Assembly: GCA_963743795.1 (NCBI GenBank)
Contig: CAVUQZ010000004.1
Coordinates: 429,992 to 493,991, forward strand
DNA length: 64,000 nt
Direction: 5' to 3'
Origin: an uncultured Chloroflexia bacterium
Lineage (GTDB): Bacteria > Chloroflexota > Limnocylindria > Limnocylindrales > CSP1-4
A program made the translations under genes and the position numbers. This document shows, piece by piece, positions 33,170 to 41,472 of the stretch (within the stretch, counting starts at the first letter, position 1; every line of letters starts with the position of its first letter). Below the pieces are notes generated by a model. That model was given only the letters and a program-made list of their open reading frames with translations. It searched no databases and was not told the DNA's origin.

Positions 33170-34105
33170 TCACGACTCCGGGCCCTCTCCGGAAGGTCGC
33201 CGCTCGCTCGCCACAGCAGCATTCCGGCCACGACCGAGCCCGGGCTCCGGGTCCAGCAGCGGGATGTCGAATTCGATCCACGGTTCGGCTTCGAGCTGAG
33301 GCTCCGCCGGCCCGGGCCCCGGGTCGCCGGTAGGCTCCCCTTCAAGCCCCATCTCCGGCTCGCCGAACTGGGCCAGCTCCGGGGCGTCCTCGTCGCCTCC
33401 GGCATAGTCACCTGGCTGCGAGCGCAGGGTCTCGATGGCCCGTGCCGCCGCCTCGGTCTCGGCCAGCCGCCGCGAGTGACCGTGGCCCACACCGATGACC
33501 CTTCCGCGTACGGCAACCTCGACTCGGAACACCTTGTCGTGGTCCGGCCCGACGGCGTCCAGGACACGGTACTGGGGGCGCTCGCCGGAAAGGCGTTGGG
33601 TGTATTCCTGCAGCCGGCTCTTTGGGCTCTTGAGCGCACCGAGCGGGCGGTCGCTGGTGAGCTCGGGCGCGGCGGCGGATGTCACGAACTCGGCGGCAGC
33701 CTCGAATCCCAGGTCGATGTAGATGGCTCCGACGACAGCCTCGAACGCGGACGCCAGCAGGGCCGGCCGAAGCCGGCCGCCGCGCTGGGATTCGCCCTCG
33801 CCGAGCAGCAGATGTTCGCCCAGGCCAAGACGGCCGGCCAGGCGGGCCAGGCCGGCGGTGCTCACGATCGAAGCTCGACGGGCGGAAAGAACGCCCTCGT
33901 CGTCGTCGGGGTGGCGGCGATAGAGGGCGTCCGAGATGGCCAGGCTAACGACGGAGTCGCCGAGGAATTCCAGGCGCTCGTTGTGGCCGGCGGCCAGGTC
34001 CCGATGCTCGTGCGAATAGCTGCTGTGGATCAGCGCCTGCTGCAGCAGGTTGAGGTCACGGATCGGGAGCCCCAGCCGCTCGGCGAGAGCGGCCGCGGGG
34101 CGCAT
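33170..34105 (-). CDS. rnc: ribonuclease III with a ~70-aa acidic/Pro-rich C-terminal extension
   Basis: NERLEFLGDSVV signature and a dsRBD (KSRLQEYTQRL...HGHSRRLAETEAAARAI). Confidence 0.92.
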   Translation of the reverse strand: MRPAAALAERLGLPIRDLNLLQQALIHSSYSHEHRDLAAGHNERLEFLGDSVVSLAISDALYRRHPDDDEGVLSARRASIVSTAGLARLAGRLGLGEHLLLGEGESQRGGRLRPALLASAFEAVVGAIYIDLGFEAAAEFVTSAAAPELTSDRPLGALKSPKSRLQEYTQRLSGERPQYRVLDAVGPDHDKVFRVEVAVRGRVIGVGHGHSRRLAETEAAARAIETLRSQPGDYAGGDEDAPELAQFGEPEMGLEGEPTGDPGPGPAEPQLEAEPWIEFDIPLLDPEPGLGRGRNAAVASERRPSGEGPES

Positions 34106-34112
34106 CGAGCGG

Positions 34113-34349
34113 CTAGGCCGCGTGCTCGTCGATGTAGTCGACGGCGTCCTGCACGGTCCGGATCTTCTCGGCGTCCTCGTCGGAGATCTCGGTCCCGAAC
34201 TCCTCCTCGAGGCTCATGATCAACTCGACGAGGTCCAGCGAATCGGCGTTCAGATCGTCCACGAACGAGGCTTCGGGCTTGACCTCATCCTCGTCGACGC
34301 CGAGCTGCTCGACGACGATCTTCTTGAGTCGCTCGTAGGTAGTGGCCAC
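34113..34349 (-). CDS. acpP: acyl carrier protein
   Basis: 78 aa, [20 protein letters not shown]. Confidence 0.95.
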   Translation of the reverse strand: MATTYERLKKIVVEQLGVDEDEVKPEASFVDDLNADSLDLVELIMSLEEEFGTEISDEDAEKIRTVQDAVDYIDEHAA

Positions 34350-34388
34350 TGACGCCCTCCTCGGGGTTCCTGGGCTTGTGATTGACGG

Positions 34389-34889
34389 TCACTGCGGCCC
34401 CGGCTCCGGGGCGCGGCGCGCACCGGCGACGGAGTCGCGAGTAATCCTCCCGAGTACGCCGTTGACCAGGCGCCGGGCCGGTTCGCCACTGTAGGTGCGA
34501 GCCAACTCGACCCATTCGGCAATCGCCACACGGGATGGCGTGCCGGAGTGTAGCACCTCGCCGATGCCGCTACGCAGCAGAGTCCGATCCATTCTGGCCA
34601 GCTGGACGACCGGGTATTGCGGGGCAAGCTGCTCGATCAGGGCATCGATTCTGTCGCGGTCGTCGACGACGCTTCCGACCAGGGCCCGAGCGAACTCGGC
34701 TGTTGCCGCGTCGGCCGCACTCTCCGCCACGTGTCGCTCGAGAACGGCCGTGGCGGTGCGCTGCCCGAACTCCGCCTCGAAGAGAGATGCCAGGGCCAGG
34801 CGCCGAGCCAGCCGATGCGCGTTGATCTCGTCGGTGACGCCCCTGTCGCGCCGCGGAGCGGATCCGGCGCCGTTGGCGGCAGGGGTCAC
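34389..34889 (-). CDS. nusB: transcription antitermination factor NusB
   Basis: 166 aa, RRLALASLFEAEF, RMDRTLLRSGIGEVL, RRLVNGVLGRI. Confidence 0.88.
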   Translation of the reverse strand: MTPAANGAGSAPRRDRGVTDEINAHRLARRLALASLFEAEFGQRTATAVLERHVAESAADAATAEFARALVGSVVDDRDRIDALIEQLAPQYPVVQLARMDRTLLRSGIGEVLHSGTPSRVAIAEWVELARTYSGEPARRLVNGVLGRITRDSVAGARRAPEPGPQ

Positions 34890-35239
34890 TTACCCCCGCC
34901 CCCTACCCCGTCCACTACCACCGAAACCTCGCCAAGCTCGAGGCCAAGCAGTCGCTCGACGGTGGCTCCAACTGCCTTTCGCACCTGGTCCGCCAGAGGG
35001 CGCAGGTCGTGTCCTGGCCGGGCTATGACCCACACGCGCACCGAGACCCGCCCATCGACGACACGTGCTCTCACTGGAGAGCCCCCCAACCAGGCCAGAG
35101 GACCGCCGCGACTCACCTTCAGGACACCCGGCATCTCCAGGGCAGCGACCCTGACCATCTCCACGATCACGGAGTGACTGACGGTCAGAGGATCCGCCGG
35201 TCTCGCGTGACCCGACGCATCCGAGCCTCCACCGTCCAT
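34886..35239 (-). CDS. Asp23/Gls24 family protein
   Basis: 117 aa, VIVEMVRVAALEMPGVLKV, VSVVVDGV. Upstream of nusB, as in Bacillus. Confidence 0.75.
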   Translation of the reverse strand: MDGGGSDASGHARPADPLTVSHSVIVEMVRVAALEMPGVLKVSRGGPLAWLGGSPVRARVVDGRVSVRVWVIARPGHDLRPLADQVRKAVGATVERLLGLELGEVSVVVDGVGGGGK

Positions 35240-35252
35240 CGCGTGCCTCCGT

Positions 35253-36299
35253 CTAGGTCCGCTGCCGCCCCGAACGGGCGCCCAGGGCGTCGGCGATCAG
35301 TTCCGGGATATGAGCTCGAGCCGCTGTAGCTCCCGCCTCGACCGCATACTCCACCATCCGGCGCCTGGCCGAGCCGTGAGTGATCAAGACCATACCCTTT
35401 ACGCCGAGCAGCGGCGAGGCGCCCAGCTTCTCGTAGTCGAAGAGACTGCGGATGCGACCCACGGCCGGGCGCATGAACAGGTATCCGATCTTGCCCCGCA
35501 GGTTGCGCTGGAACTCCGCGCGCCATACGTTGAAGATGAAGCCGGCCAGGCCCTCGAAGAACTTCATCGTTACGTTGCCGACGACGCCGTCGCAGACGGC
35601 CACGTCGGCCATGTGCTTGACCAGGTCCCGACCTTCGACGTTGCCGACGAAATTCACGCTCTCGTCGTCGTCCAGCAGCTGGGTGGCCTGCTGGATCGCC
35701 AGATCCCCCTTGCCCTTCTCCTCGCCGATTGAGAGCAGCGCGACGCGAGGCCTGGGCACCCCGAGGACGCGTTCTGCATAGATCGAACCCATGTGAGCGA
35801 ACTGGTACAGGTTCTCCCCAGTCGAATCCATGTTGGCGCCGATGTCCAGGAGCACGAACGGCCCCGTCTCCGTGACCATCTGGACGGCGAGAGCCGGCCT
35901 GTCCACGCCGGGAAGGCGGCCCAACCGCAGGACCGCGGCGGCCATCCCCGCGCCCGAGTGACCTGCAGTCACCAGCGCGTCGGCCCGACCCTGCTTGAGC
36001 AGGTCCATGGCGACGATGATCGAGGAGTCCTTCTTCGACTTGAGGGCGAGCGCAGGAGACTCGTCCATCCCCACGACCTGGCTCGCCGCAACGATCTGGA
36101 CGTTGGCCGGCAGCGGCCCTCCCGCAGCCGTCTCGATGCGCTCGGGAATTCCAACCAGCAGGACCGTGTCGGTTGGGTGAGAACGTGCCCACGACAGCGT
36201 CCCGCTTACGATCTCGAGCGGCGCGTGATCGCCGCCCATCGCGTCGACGGCGACTCGGACGGCTTCACCGTCGACCGTGCGAACCGTGGTCAAGTCCAC
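35253..36299 (-). CDS. plsX: phosphate acyltransferase PlsX
   Basis: GTG 36297-36299, 4 nt after the rpmF stop. VAVDAMGGDHAP, VTAGHSGA, LLSIGEEKGKG, ITHGSA. Confidence 0.92.
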   Translation of the reverse strand: MDLTTVRTVDGEAVRVAVDAMGGDHAPLEIVSGTLSWARSHPTDTVLLVGIPERIETAAGGPLPANVQIVAASQVVGMDESPALALKSKKDSSIIVAMDLLKQGRADALVTAGHSGAGMAAAVLRLGRLPGVDRPALAVQMVTETGPFVLLDIGANMDSTGENLYQFAHMGSIYAERVLGVPRPRVALLSIGEEKGKGDLAIQQATQLLDDDESVNFVGNVEGRDLVKHMADVAVCDGVVGNVTMKFFEGLAGFIFNVWRAEFQRNLRGKIGYLFMRPAVGRIRSLFDYEKLGASPLLGVKGMVLITHGSARRRMVEYAVEAGATAARAHIPELIADALGARSGRQRT

Positions 36300-36303
36300 C
36301 GGC

Positions 36304-36504
36304 TCAGGCCGTCTGCTGCGGCTTTTCCTGCTTGATCTCGAGCGTGGGCCGGCCGGCGTAGTAGCCGCATTCCTTGCACGCGTGGTGCACCAGCTTGGGC
36401 TGGTGGCAGCGCGGGCACGGCTCCAGGTGGGGCACGGAAATGGCGAGGTGGGCGCGGCGATCGCCCTGCCGGGCGTGCGAGACTTTCCTCTTGGGAACAC
36501 CCAT
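36304..36504 (-). CDS. rpmF: 50S ribosomal protein L32
   Basis: MGVPKRKVSHARQGDRRAH and CPRCHQPKLVHHACKECG. AAGGAG upstream. Confidence 0.93.
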   Translation of the reverse strand: MGVPKRKVSHARQGDRRAHLAISVPHLEPCPRCHQPKLVHHACKECGYYAGRPTLEIKQEKPQQTA

Positions 36505-36628
36505 TGGTGTGGTTACTCCTTTCGCTCCGGCGCGTGGCCAGACGGCTGGGCCGGGAGAGCGCCGGGGCGCGGCCTCGATCCGTGACGGGGCGCGAAGAAT
36601 CATACCCTGCGCACGGGACCGAGGCGGG

Positions 36629-36657
36629 AGTGTAACCGTTCCCAGCCCGGCTGTCAC
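36629..36657 (-). promoter_or_regulatory. putative promoter upstream of rpmF (-35 GTGACA, 17-nt spacer, -10 TACACT)
   Basis: Minus strand GTGACA (36652-36657), then 17 nt, then TACACT (36629-36634) followed by CCCGCC. Confidence 0.4.
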
Positions 36658-36711
36658 CGCGTGTCGGCGGTCCGCGGCGGCGCCAGCCGCGCCACGGGCC
36701 GTGGCAGCGGG

Positions 36712-37164
36712 CTAGGCCTCGCTCTCGTCGCCGCCGAAACGCCGCAGCGCTTCCAGGCGCGGATCCACCTCATCATCGCCGTGATCGTGCGGGCCACCCT
36801 CGAGCGGCTGGCCACAGTCGATGCACAAGCCAGGGCAGTCTTCCCGACACAGAGGCGCGATCGGCTCTGCCAGGACTATCGCGTCGCGGACCTCACCCTC
36901 GAGCTCGATCTCGTGGTGATCGTTCAACCGGAGGACGTCGGGTTCGGCTTCCGTGTCTACCGGAAGGCCACTGGTCGGATCGATGGTCGGCAGCGCCTCC
37001 TCCTCGATCTCGATCTCGACTGGCCAGTCCAGCTCGCGGAGGCAGCGGCTGCAGCTCTGCTCGATCGCCGTGGAGAGCCGGCCGCGGATCAGCAGGCCAC
37101 GATTGGTCCTGGTGAGCCGGATTTCGCCCGCTACCCCCCGCGTCTGCAGCAGGTCCGGGCCCAA
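36712..37164 (-). CDS. yceD: YceD/DUF177 family protein (true 5-prime end probably upstream of 37164)
   Basis: CSRCLREL ... CREDCPGLCIDCG metal-binding pairs. Family-like sequence ALTFNVAGLLAEPLGSIRDLHVDG continues in frame upstream of the TTG used by the track, but I find no canonical start there. Confidence 0.8.
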   Translation of the reverse strand: MGPDLLQTRGVAGEIRLTRTNRGLLIRGRLSTAIEQSCSRCLRELDWPVEIEIEEEALPTIDPTSGLPVDTEAEPDVLRLNDHHEIELEGEVRDAIVLAEPIAPLCREDCPGLCIDCGQPLEGGPHDHGDDEVDPRLEALRRFGGDESEA

Positions 37165-37249
37165 GTCGAGCGGCGGACCATCAACGTGAAGGTCCCGGAT
37201 CGAGCCGAGGGGTTCCGCCAGGAGACCGGCGACGTTGAATGTGAGCGCC

Positions 37250-37783
37250 TCAGCCGCCGACCGGCTGTTCCGCGTCCGCTTCGTCGTACTCGTCGAGGTC
37301 TCCCTGGCCGTCGTCGTCGCTGGATTCCACAGGCACGACCCGTCGCTCCTCCAGCAACTCGAGGCCGCGCTTGATGGTGTTCAGAGTCCGCATCACGTCG
37401 GCTTCGAGGCCAACCAGGACCTCGGACGCGTATTGGTCGGCGCCGCGCCGGACCTCGGCGGACTCCACCTGAGCCTGGCGGATGATCTCCTGGCTCAACT
37501 CTTCGGCCTGCCGCGTGAGCTCGCGTTCCTCGATGAGATACGTGGCCTGTTCCTGGGCCCGCGCCAGAATCTGCTCGGCTTCTTCACGAGCCTGTTCGAG
37601 AAGACGTTCGACCTCGTTGGTGACCCGTCGCGCGGACCTTATCTCTTCGGGGATAGTCACCCTGAGCTGGTCGATCCACTCGAGCGCCTCGGCTTGGTCG
37701 ACGAGCACGCGGCCGCTGAACGGAACCTTCCTGCCGTTCGCAACGAGCGCTTCGAGCCGCTCGATCAGGACGATGATGTCTAT
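37250..37783 (-). CDS. coiled-coil protein resembling mycobacterial Rv2927c (DivIVA/ATP synthase B-like), apparent ATA start
   Basis: IDIIVLIERLEALVANGRKVPFSGRVLVDQAEALEWIDQLR matches my recollection of this family's N-terminus. AAGGAGG plus 9 nt plus ATA at 37781-37783. The track ORF starts 25 codons later at a GTG. Confidence 0.65.
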   Translation of the reverse strand: MDIIVLIERLEALVANGRKVPFSGRVLVDQAEALEWIDQLRVTIPEEIRSARRVTNEVERLLEQAREEAEQILARAQEQATYLIEERELTRQAEELSQEIIRQAQVESAEVRRGADQYASEVLVGLEADVMRTLNTIKRGLELLEERRVVPVESSDDDGQGDLDEYDEADAEQPVGG

Positions 37784-37831
37784 CGGACGGGCCCTCCTTG
37801 GGCAGACCGCCAGGGCTGCCGGTTGGGGCGA

Positions 37832-38335
37832 TTATAGACTCCGGCCCGCGCCCGTCAGACGTCTCGACACGGCCAGCGGGACCATTTGAGTCACGTCTCC
37901 GCCAAGGGTCGAAATCTCTTTGACCAGGCTGGAGCTGAGGTAGCTGTGCTCGAGCGCGGTCATGAAGAAGACCGTATCGACCTCAGGGGCGAGCTTGCGA
38001 TTCGTGTGGGCCATCTGCAGCTCCGACTCGAAGTCGGAGATCGCTCGCAACCCTCGGACGATGAACGTGGCCCCGCGGCGCCGGCAGAAATCGACCGTCA
38101 GCCCGTCGAACGATTCCACTTCCACACGAGAAGCCACGTCGGCCGGGCAGACCTCGGCGACGGCTTCACGGATGACCTGAAGACGCAGTTCCGTGGGAAA
38201 GACCACGGCCGATTTGTGCGGGTTCAGCAGGACCGCGAACACGACTCGGTCGAAGACCGCCGCGGCGCGGGACATCACGTCGAGATGTCCGTAGGTGATC
38301 GGATCGAACGAGCCCGGGTAGACCGCGATCTTCAC
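37832..38335 (-). CDS. coaD: phosphopantetheine adenylyltransferase
   Basis: GTG 38333-38335 after AGGAGG. KIAVYPGSFDPITYGHLD, 167 aa. Confidence 0.92.
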   Translation of the reverse strand: MKIAVYPGSFDPITYGHLDVMSRAAAVFDRVVFAVLLNPHKSAVVFPTELRLQVIREAVAEVCPADVASRVEVESFDGLTVDFCRRRGATFIVRGLRAISDFESELQMAHTNRKLAPEVDTVFFMTALEHSYLSSSLVKEISTLGGDVTQMVPLAVSRRLTGAGRSL

Positions 38336-38982
38336 CTGGCTGCCTCCTGGACGGCGGGCGGCGAGTCTACCCGCCGTGACGACTCGCTCGAGGTCGCCTC
38401 CCGGGGCGACGATTCCACCCGGCGATAGAAGGTCAGAGCGGTCTCGCCGAAACGCCGGGTCCTGACGGATGCTAACAGTCCCGAGACAGGCGGTGGAGGC
38501 GTCCGCCAGAAGTGCTTGGCCACAACCCAGGCCCGCGTGCTCAGAAGCGTGGCCACCCCCGCGACCAGGCTCGCCAGAGCTGCGTCGATGAGCTGCGGCT
38601 CGGCGTACGGCGGATCGATCAGGACGATGTCGAAGGGACCGTCCGAGCCGGCCCGCTCCGTCAAGTACGCGATGGCGTCGGCGCGGACCACGAATGCCCT
38701 CGCCTCGACGTGAACGCGGCGCAGGTTCTCCGCAATGATCCGGGCGGCACCCGGGTCGCGCTCGACGAAGATGGCAAACGCGGCCCCGCGCGACAGCGCC
38801 TCGATGCCGCCGGCCCCGGAGCCAGCGAACAGGTCCAGCACTCTCGACCCGCGGAGCTCGGGCTCCAGAATGGCGAACAACGCCTCCTTCACGCGGTCCC
38901 CCATCGGGCGAGTGCCCGGCCCGGGCGCCGCCAGCCGCGTACCCCGCGCGGAGCCCGCGATAACCCTGCCTGCGTCGCTCAT
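38332..38982 (-). CDS. rsmD: 16S rRNA (guanine966-N2)-methyltransferase RsmD
   Basis: LDLFAGSGAGGIEALSRGA, LIDPPY, and a ~30-aa C-terminal tail. Confidence 0.85.
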   Translation of the reverse strand: MSDAGRVIAGSARGTRLAAPGPGTRPMGDRVKEALFAILEPELRGSRVLDLFAGSGAGGIEALSRGAAFAIFVERDPGAARIIAENLRRVHVEARAFVVRADAIAYLTERAGSDGPFDIVLIDPPYAEPQLIDAALASLVAGVATLLSTRAWVVAKHFWRTPPPPVSGLLASVRTRRFGETALTFYRRVESSPREATSSESSRRVDSPPAVQEAAR

Positions 38983-41468
38983 CGGGGTTTCGACGGCGTG
39001 GGGCCGCCGGACGGCGGGACCTCGGGTGCCTCTGAGGTGCCCTCCGAGCTCGCGACATCAGCCATCACTTCGCCCGCGCCAACCCGAGCCAGCCAGCCAC
39101 GCTGCAGCTCCACGTTCAAAGCCTCGTGGCCGGGGCGGAGCGCACCCTCCGCGTCGACCAGTTCCTCCGCAATTCCCCTTGCCCGAGCCGCCAGCTCACG
39201 GTCTTCTTTGTTTCGAAGAGAGGCGATCCGCAGGGTGGGCAGGCCGCTCTGGTTGAGTCCCAGGAGCTCACCCTCACGCCGCAGCTCCAGGTCCAGTTCC
39301 GCCAGCTCGAAACCGTCCGTGTGAGAGGCCAGCGCAGTCAGCCGTGCCGCGGCCGTCTGATCTTCGGAGTCTGAGACAAGGATGCAGTAGGCCTGCGCCT
39401 CTCCGCGCCCCACGCGGCCGCGGAGCTGGTGGAGCTGGGCCAGGCCGAATTGGTCGGCATCCAGGATCAGCATCACCGTAGCCTCCGGCACGTCGACGCC
39501 CACCTCCAGGACCGTGGTCCCGACCAGGACATCCAGTTCGCCACCGCGGAAGAGGTCCATCGTCGCGTCCCGCTGAACGGCCTTCATCTGCCCGTGGATT
39601 ACACCCACTCGCACGGCCGGCTCTGCCGGCAGTCCGGCTCGGGCCGCAGCCTCGGCCAGCTGGCCCGGGAGAGCCGCCGCCACCTCGGCGGCGGACCTGG
39701 CGGCCGATTCCTCGTCCTCCTCGACCAGCGGCACCACGACGAAGGCACGATGACCGGACCGAACCTCCCGAACGATCAACGGATAGGCGCCTCTGCCTGG
39801 ATCGACTACCGCTCCCTCCAGGTCTTCGGTGCGGCGAATGCCCGTGCGAACGCGCTGGCGCCCGGCCGGCAGCGACCGCAGATCCGACACGTCCAGGTCG
39901 GACAGCAGTATCTGGCCGAGCGTTCGGGGAATGGGCGTCGCGGTCATCAACAGCACGTGCGGCGCGCGGCCCTTGGCGCCGAGCGCCTCCCGTTGGGCCA
40001 CCCCAAAGCGGTGCTGCTCGTCGACGACCGCGAGGCTCAGGTCCGCGAAGCTCACAGCCTCCTGAACCAGGGCGTGAGTTCCGACGACCACGCGCCCAGC
40101 GGTCTGGCCGCGCAGGCCGTCGCCATCCGAGGGCGCGGCAAGCTGCTCCAGGGCCGCACGACGCTCTCCGGCCGGAAGCGAGCCGGTCAGCAACGTGACC
40201 CCGTGGCCCAGCGGCTCCACGAGCCTGCGCACGGCGGCGAAGTGCTGCCGCGCCAGCAGATCGGTGGGAGCCAGAAGAGCGCCCTGGTGGCCGGCGTCCG
40301 CCGCGAAGACAAGGGCCAGGGCGGCGACGGCCGTCTTGCCGGAGCCCACGTCGCCCTGAAGGAGTCGCATCATCGGCCGCGTCTGCCCCAGGTCGGCAGC
40401 GATGGCCGTCACTGCGGCGACTTGGTCGGAGGTCAGGCGGGCCGGTTCATCCGCTCCAGTGCGGGCCTTCACCTGCTCGGTCAGTGCCCCCTCGACGACT
40501 CCCATGGCATGGCGAATCCTGGACGCAGGAACGACGATCGGTTCACCGACTGCCCGCCGGCGCTGCCGGTCTCGGGCCACCATCCCGACCTGAAGGGCCA
40601 GGAGCTCATCGAATCCGAGCCTGTGGAGCGCTGCGTCCCGGAGATCGAAGCTGTCGGGATAGTGGGCGTTCTCCAGTGCGGCGGAGATGGGCATCGGCGC
40701 GGCCAGAGCCGCGGCAGCCCCTCCGACATTCGCCGGTTCGGCGGAGCCGGCCGCGGCGGCGGCTTCAAGGGGCAGGTACTCCTGATAGGCCGCGCCCACC
40801 GTGTCGAGCGCCTGGCGAATGGCGCGCCGAAGCGTGGCCGCCGTCAGGCCCGCCGTGAGCCGGTACACCGGCACGATACGGCCCGCGTGCAGGAGGGCCG
40901 ATCCGTCGTCAAGCTGGAATTCGGGGTTGTCGAAGGAAACTGTGAAGCCACGTCGCCGCACTTTGCCGCTGATCACGATCCACAGCCCTTCGCGCAGCCG
41001 TTTGTCGATGAACCTCCGACCGAACCAGGTCGCCTCGACATCCCCCGTCTCATCGCCCAGGTAAGCCGTGGTCCGCTGGACGCGTCGCCGGAACGTCTGC
41101 TCCACCCGAAGCCCGCGGACCTGCAGCCGAGCGCTGGCGGGAGCTCCGTCGGCGATCCAGGCCAGATCGCGGGCGCTGCTGAGCTCGCGGAGATCGTCGT
41201 ACCGGCGAGGGAGATGGAACAGCAGGTCGCGCACTGTCTTTATGCCGAGGCGACTCCCCACACGTCGCAGCACGGCCGCGCCGGCGAATCCGCTCAACCC
41301 GATCGGCGTATCGGGCCCGACGGGGCCGACTCTGCGTCCGGCGCTCGCTGCGACCGGTCCAGCTACTCGCTTCGTCGTCCTGGATTGCCCCACCGACATG
41401 GCCGGGAAACGCGCCGATCCAGGCTCGCCGGGCCCGCCGGTGACTCGCCGCGAACCTTGACCCGCCAC
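38979..41468 (-). CDS. recG: ATP-dependent DNA helicase RecG
   Basis: Wedge domain, GDVGSGKTAVA, VVDEQHRFG, helicase C motifs. The N-terminal ~25 aa are uncertain. Confidence 0.9.
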   Translation of the reverse strand: MAGQGSRRVTGGPGEPGSARFPAMSVGQSRTTKRVAGPVAASAGRRVGPVGPDTPIGLSGFAGAAVLRRVGSRLGIKTVRDLLFHLPRRYDDLRELSSARDLAWIADGAPASARLQVRGLRVEQTFRRRVQRTTAYLGDETGDVEATWFGRRFIDKRLREGLWIVISGKVRRRGFTVSFDNPEFQLDDGSALLHAGRIVPVYRLTAGLTAATLRRAIRQALDTVGAAYQEYLPLEAAAAAGSAEPANVGGAAAALAAPMPISAALENAHYPDSFDLRDAALHRLGFDELLALQVGMVARDRQRRRAVGEPIVVPASRIRHAMGVVEGALTEQVKARTGADEPARLTSDQVAAVTAIAADLGQTRPMMRLLQGDVGSGKTAVAALALVFAADAGHQGALLAPTDLLARQHFAAVRRLVEPLGHGVTLLTGSLPAGERRAALEQLAAPSDGDGLRGQTAGRVVVGTHALVQEAVSFADLSLAVVDEQHRFGVAQREALGAKGRAPHVLLMTATPIPRTLGQILLSDLDVSDLRSLPAGRQRVRTGIRRTEDLEGAVVDPGRGAYPLIVREVRSGHRAFVVVPLVEEDEESAARSAAEVAAALPGQLAEAAARAGLPAEPAVRVGVIHGQMKAVQRDATMDLFRGGELDVLVGTTVLEVGVDVPEATVMLILDADQFGLAQLHQLRGRVGRGEAQAYCILVSDSEDQTAAARLTALASHTDGFELAELDLELRREGELLGLNQSGLPTLRIASLRNKEDRELAARARGIAEELVDAEGALRPGHEALNVELQRGWLARVGAGEVMADVASSEGTSEAPEVPPSGGPTPSKPR

Positions 41469-41472
41469 GTCG

